Source of the DNA: Eledone cirrhosa
Lineage: Eukaryota
Direction of reading: 5' to 3'
DNA length: 64,000 nt
Assembly: GCA_964016885.1 (NCBI GenBank)
Contig: OZ024760.1
Location: 3,844,001-3,908,000 of the forward strand
Shown: piece by piece, positions 54,923 to 64,000 of the stretch
How positions within the stretch are numbered: position 1 is the stretch's first letter
Layout: each line of letters starts with the position of its first letter
Made by a program: the position numbers and the translations under genes
Notes under the pieces: generated by a model
The model's database searches: none
The model's input: the letters and a program-made list of their open reading frames with translations, nothing else
Told to the model about the DNA's origin: nothing

Positions 54923-56049
54923 GTATATATATATAGCAAAATACTAGGTTGTATGAATGTAACAAGGAGATTTGGTTTGTGTGTATAATATTTAATTAAC
55001 AATTTGTGGATATATATAGAACAGTATAGTTGGATATATATAGTTGACATGTCAATGAATAGATGAAAGAATGAAGCAAAGTTATTAGTTACCGTTTTGG
55101 TTGCCTGGCAGAAGACGCCAGGCGAAGGCCAGGCGCCGGAAAGGCAAAATGAGAGAGAGAACTTAAAGTTGTTAGTTTTATAGAAAGGGTTCTACTTCCT
55201 GTCTTGAGAGCGTTAATCTATTGGGGATGTGAGTGTAACAACAATGGAGGCAACTACTGCTACATTACTTCCCGCCAGATTTTTAAAATATAAAAATCGA
55301 ATGAAATATGTATGTAGCAAGCTGGCGAGAATGTTGTAACACGCATGAAAATTACGAAAAAAAATGTCTCAAAAATCAATGATAGATATCAAGGTAGCCA
55401 ACCGCTCTTGGCCAGAGAACGACTGGACATCTATCTATCCATCACCCAAAGGTACAATGTAATAAAGTAAGAGAAGAGCTCAAAGTTCAAATGTGCAAAA
55501 TATAGTTCACAGGTGTGCAATCACATGACAAGCAGGAAAGAAAGTGTGTTCCAGAGAATGAATGCAGGTGGTTTCTGTTCTGTGGTATATCGTGAAATTT
55601 CCAACCTCCGAATGGATTTTCTCACAGGAAGAGTGCTGCAAAAATAAATTCTCTGGCTTGTTCTGCTGGTTTTGGTTGTTGATGAAGTTGTGTTGCTGTT
55701 GATGTTATTGTCTCGCGGAGTGAGCGTATTCGATGTTTAAATTCACAGTAAAAAAATTTTTTTTCGGAAAAAATGAGTTGCGCAAAGTGCTAGAAATAAC
55801 AGCCGAAGTTGATGGTCGATGTTGAGAATGCGTTGACCTGGAAGGGTCAAGAGGCCAGCGACCAAAGAAATAAGCATTCTGAATAAATGCGCAGTTTTCA
55901 ACGGCAAATTTACATGGTAAATTTTTAAACCGACAAATAGGAGAATATAGCTTAAGGCTGGAGAATCCTTGGCGAGAAACGTTATCCCTGGCGTGTGGCT
56001 ATCTCAGTGAATCGAGAATCCTACACGTGCCAAAACAAGGTTAAGTTGA

Positions 56050-56660
56050 AAAAATAATATTTCTAATGCGCGAGAAAATGGCGCGAAAATGATAGTGCAA
56101 CAGGTCGTTGGTAGCCATTTTGAAAAAATGTGTGTGTAAAAGTGACAATGATGAAAAAGAAAGAAAGGCTTCACTTAGCATAACAAATATGGCGAGTTCA
56201 ATTTGTTTTTTTTTAATTTTTGGTGTGTTCTTTGAAAAAAACTTGAACGATGAAGAAAACGATGAAAAAAAAGGCAATGGTTGAGGTTCATCCAAAATAA
56301 ATGTTCCTGTTGAAATGTTTAAAAAAAAAAAATCAAATTTCTTTTTTTTTGTTTGTTTTTAAAGTGTTCGTTGTAAGAAACGAGAAACATATATATATAT
56401 CGTGAAATGCGACAGTTAGTTGATGCGTGAGAGAAAAAGTCTGTCTGAACGCGAATTTCACATGTGCGTGGTGTGTTCGTTTCTTTGACTGCGTATTTTC
56501 ATAGTTTGTCAATAAAATTTTGCTGTGTATTCGTAATGTTACTCACACAACACCAGATTCTGCTATTTTTTTCTTTTTTCGGGGTCACCACTTATAACAA
56601 TGAACGGCTGCGTGTTCGTATTACGTCGCGGTCACCAATTATAGCAAAATACTAGTGTGT
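56050..56660. promoter_or_regulatory. CpG-retaining promoter-like segment with E2F and YY1 motifs
   Basis: GCGCGAGAA 56068, AAAATGGCG 56075, GGCGCGAAAA 56080, GCCATTTTG 56114; CpG visibly more frequent than in the flanks. Confidence 0.4.
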
Positions 56661-56731
56661 ATGAATGTAACAAGGAGACGTGGTTTTGTGTGTATAATAT
56701 TTAATTAACAATTTGTGGATATATATAGAAC

Positions 56732-57458
56732 ATGGGAAAATATTGTTGCTGGTCGTAATAAATGGAAAAAGACTGTATATGAGGGAAAAGTTGCTTTGAG
56801 GCATCTCGAATCGCATACGAAAAAGTAAAGCGGGATGTGAGGAAGGGCAATTCCAGACGGCGAGGGTCCTCCTAAGGTGCTGACATGCAGCGTCTGTGCG
56901 AGACTCTGCCTAAGCAAAGTCATCTTCGCAGTCATAAAGTAAGACCAGTGGTTGACTACCAGGCTGCTGTTGGAGATGCTACTCATCATGCTTGCCAAAC
57001 ATGTGGTAGAGAATGTGAATCAGCAGGAGGGCTCAAGCGACATGCAAAAGTACACGAACTCCAACCACAGCCGACTATTCCCAGTGAATGTTTTGGTTGC
57101 CGACTCTGTGCAAGACATTCTAGATCATTGGCTGGGTTAAAAAGCCACATTCGATCGCAGCGCTGTTAATTGCTATCGTGTGTGTGTGTATAGATATGTT
57201 TATGTGTGTGCGTGTATGTGTATATATATATGTATATGTATATTATTATTGTTGTTGTCGTTATTATTATTGTTATTATTATTATTATTGTTATTAATGC
57301 ATATGTGTGTGTGTTTATATATGTGTGTGTATATATGTATATGTATATGTGTATATATATATATATTTATTTTTTTTATTTTTATTTTATTTATTATTAT
57401 TTTTTTTTTCTCTCTCCTCGTGCAATGGCCATACTCTATAATAAGGGGGCAGCCATCA
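56732..57458 (+). mobile_element. 3' end of an RTE-type LINE carrying three C2H2 zinc fingers, interrupted by microsatellite
   Basis: WENIVAGRNKWKKTVYEG (LINE W....DR..W motif), then CSVC...SHLRSH (frameshifted), CQTC...LKRHAKVH and CRLC...LKSHIRS. Confidence 0.6.
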
Positions 57459-57476
57459 TATATATATATATGTATG

Positions 57477-57514
<38 letters not shown>

Positions 57515-57521
57515 TATGAAT

Positions 57522-59178
<1,657 letters not shown>

Positions 59179-59222
59179 TACATATATATATATGTATATA
59201 TGTATATATATATGTATATATG

Positions 59223-59260
<38 letters not shown>

Positions 59261-59265
59261 TATAT

Positions 59266-60780
59266 CGGGCTGATTGCCCCCTATCCGGGAAATGCCTCTC
59301 TAGTAACATTGTCTACAAATGTAAGGTTGTAACACCCACGTCCCGTAGGGCCTACATAGGGTTAACCGCCAATAGTTTCAAGCAGCGTCTTTACATGCAT
59401 ACCCATTCTTTTCGTTACCCTCTAAGAAGGAATATGACGTCACTTTCAGCTTATATCTGGAGTCTAAAAGACAACCACACCCAATATAAGTTACAATGGG
59501 AGATCCTAGCTAGGGCTAGATCGTATTACGGAAATAAAAGACCATGTGACCTCTGCGCCGCTGAGGCCCTGGAAATACTCTACGCCACAGACCACATCTT
59601 AAACAAAAAATCTGAAGCAATTTCGGCTTGTAAACATAAATTGCACAAAACTTTCCTGTATTACAGCCCCACGATATACCCTAACGGATAGCACGATCTA
59701 TACGTGGATATTTACGTCTTGATGCGGGAGCTAAGTATATGTTTTGTTTATTCCTTTACTTATTTGCAGAGCTAAGTATATATTACCCGTATGTTTTGTG
59801 AAGGTATGTATACCTTCTAGTACGTATATTTGACTGTTATGGCGTATAATTTTTACATATTCTGGTATTTAGGGTTTGGCTATGTGTATACGGGAGTTTT
59901 GCGTCTGCGTGAGTATGCAGGTTCGTACGTATGGTGGGTGTGTGTATATGTGTACTTCTTGTTTTAGTTGACTTACGTCTCCGAACATTCGTGTATTTAT
60001 TTGTAGGTATGTGTGTGCGCTTGTTATTTACGTATTTATTTACTTATATACGTTTATATAATTATTTATTTATTTGTACACAAGCATACACACACACACA
60101 TATTTATATGTGCGTGGTTTTGTATACCTATGGTAAGGTTTTGCGTATGCTTGTGTATGTACGTATTTGTTTGCGTGTATGTATTTATTTCTTTCTATTA
60201 CTTCTGTTTGTATTTCTTTACTTTGTTCTTAACTCTGTAGCGGAGATTCATTTGGTCTCCTAGTTAGAATTTTAGTCTACGACTTCTGCTATACCATTTA
60301 CGTGGTTTTGTCTTTGCGTGCTATTGTTCTCCACGCTCCACATATGACTTATTATCTTCGTTTTTTCGTTCATTGCCAGAGAACGTCTCTATGCACCACC
60401 TAAGAGAACATTAGTCTACGACCTCTTTTATACCATAAACGTGGTTCTGTCTTTGCGCGTAATTGTTTTTCACCGCTCCTATTAATGACGTATTATTCGT
60501 TTTTTCCCGTTCTTTGCCAGCGAACGGTTCCACGAACCAAAGTATCGTCTTCCTGTCTTCCTCCGGTTGCAACGTTTTTTGAAATATCCAGTTCTGCGTT
60601 TACAGATTGACTTTGTTAGTTTCAGAAGATCCCGTTAAGGGTGAAAGCAGCGATTCTTTGCTTAAACTTTAATCTGTTATTTTAATAAATATTTGCTCTA
60701 TGGTTTTTATATATTTGATATATATTTTCCTTATCGAGCCCTCTTTGGATTTTAGTCTTCAATTTTATTATTATTACTAT
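59266..60780 (+). mobile_element. 5'-truncated Penelope-like element: GIY-YIG frame (to 59691) plus 3' UTR with a ~140-bp tandem duplication
   Basis: CPLSGKCLSSNIVYKC...YIGLTANSFKQRLYMH...TSLSAYIW...CDLC..E...LNKKSE....CKH; duplicated block about 60272-60390 / 60412-60530. Confidence 0.88.
60602..60677 (+). ncRNA. Type I hammerhead variant with bulged helix I
   Basis: ACAGAUUGA-cuuuguu-AGUUU-CAGAAGA-U-CCC-GUUAA-GGG-U-GAAA-GCAG..UUGC-UU-AAACU-UUAAUCUGU; U4 replaced by A. Confidence 0.65.
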
Positions 60781-60885
60781 ATATATGTATATATATATAT
60801 ATGTATATATGTATATATATATATGTATATATATATATATGTATATATATGTATATATATATGTATATATATATGTATGTATGTA

Positions 60886-60974
<89 letters not shown>

Positions 60975-61061
60975 GTATATATATATACGTATATATATAT
61001 ATATATGTGTATATATATGTATATATATATATGTATATATATATATGTATATATATATATG

Positions 61062-61106
<45 letters not shown>

Positions 61107-61110
61107 GTAT

Positions 61111-61160
<50 letters not shown>

Positions 61161-61171
61161 GTATATATATG

Positions 61172-61202
<31 letters not shown>

Positions 61203-61223
61203 GTATATATATGTATATATATG

Positions 61224-61294
<71 letters not shown>

Positions 61295-61379
61295 GTATAT
61301 ATATATGTATATATATATATGTATATATATATATGTATATATATATATATAATTGTATATATATATATGTATATATATA

Positions 61380-61441
<62 letters not shown>

Positions 61442-61448
61442 GTGTATG

Positions 61449-61537
<89 letters not shown>

Positions 61538-61540
61538 ATG

Positions 61541-61621
<81 letters not shown>

Positions 61622-61623
61622 AT

Positions 61624-63666
<2,043 letters not shown>

Positions 63667-63685
63667 ATATATATATATATATGTG

Positions 63686-63730
<45 letters not shown>

Positions 63731-63733
63731 GAC

Positions 63734-63770
<37 letters not shown>

Positions 63771-63771
63771 G

Positions 63772-63953
<182 letters not shown>

Positions 63954-63969
63954 CATACACACACACATA

Positions 63970-64000
<31 letters not shown>

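Noticed and set aside
56885-57169. Host C2H2 zinc-finger gene
   Set aside because: Frameshifted, preceded by a LINE terminal motif and stops, and lacks TGEKP linkers.

Overview
AT-rich, microsatellite-dense animal genomic DNA. The SINE/RTE/Penelope content and kilobase (TA)n/(TATG)n arrays suggest a coleoid cephalopod, probably Octopus (inference). Only one host protein-coding gene is supportable: a single-coding-exon NFIL3/E4BP4/vrille-family gene (+, ATG 1732 to 3786). It unusually carries a second, C-terminal bZIP and is preceded by an in-frame upstream ORF closed by one UAG. The rest is repeat-derived: mariner relics, tRNA-type SINEs, TTAA piggyBac-like MITEs, two long degenerate RTE LINEs and, mainly from 32 to 64 kb, a nest of dissimilar Penelope-like elements (PLEs) embedded in (TA)n arrays. 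By manual folding, most PLE tails carry a type I hammerhead ribozyme, about a dozen motifs in all. Two look intact with palindromic dimer-type helix III (54656-54700 and 63470-63540, the latter with an inverted copy at 61760-61830); the others have variant or decayed cores. One 111-bp palindrome is a hammerhead folded back on its own helix II. Several other near-perfect hairpins, a D-box/KLF site cluster and an orphan E2F/YY1 promoter-like island are also noted. All folds and motif calls were made by eye; no database searches were run.
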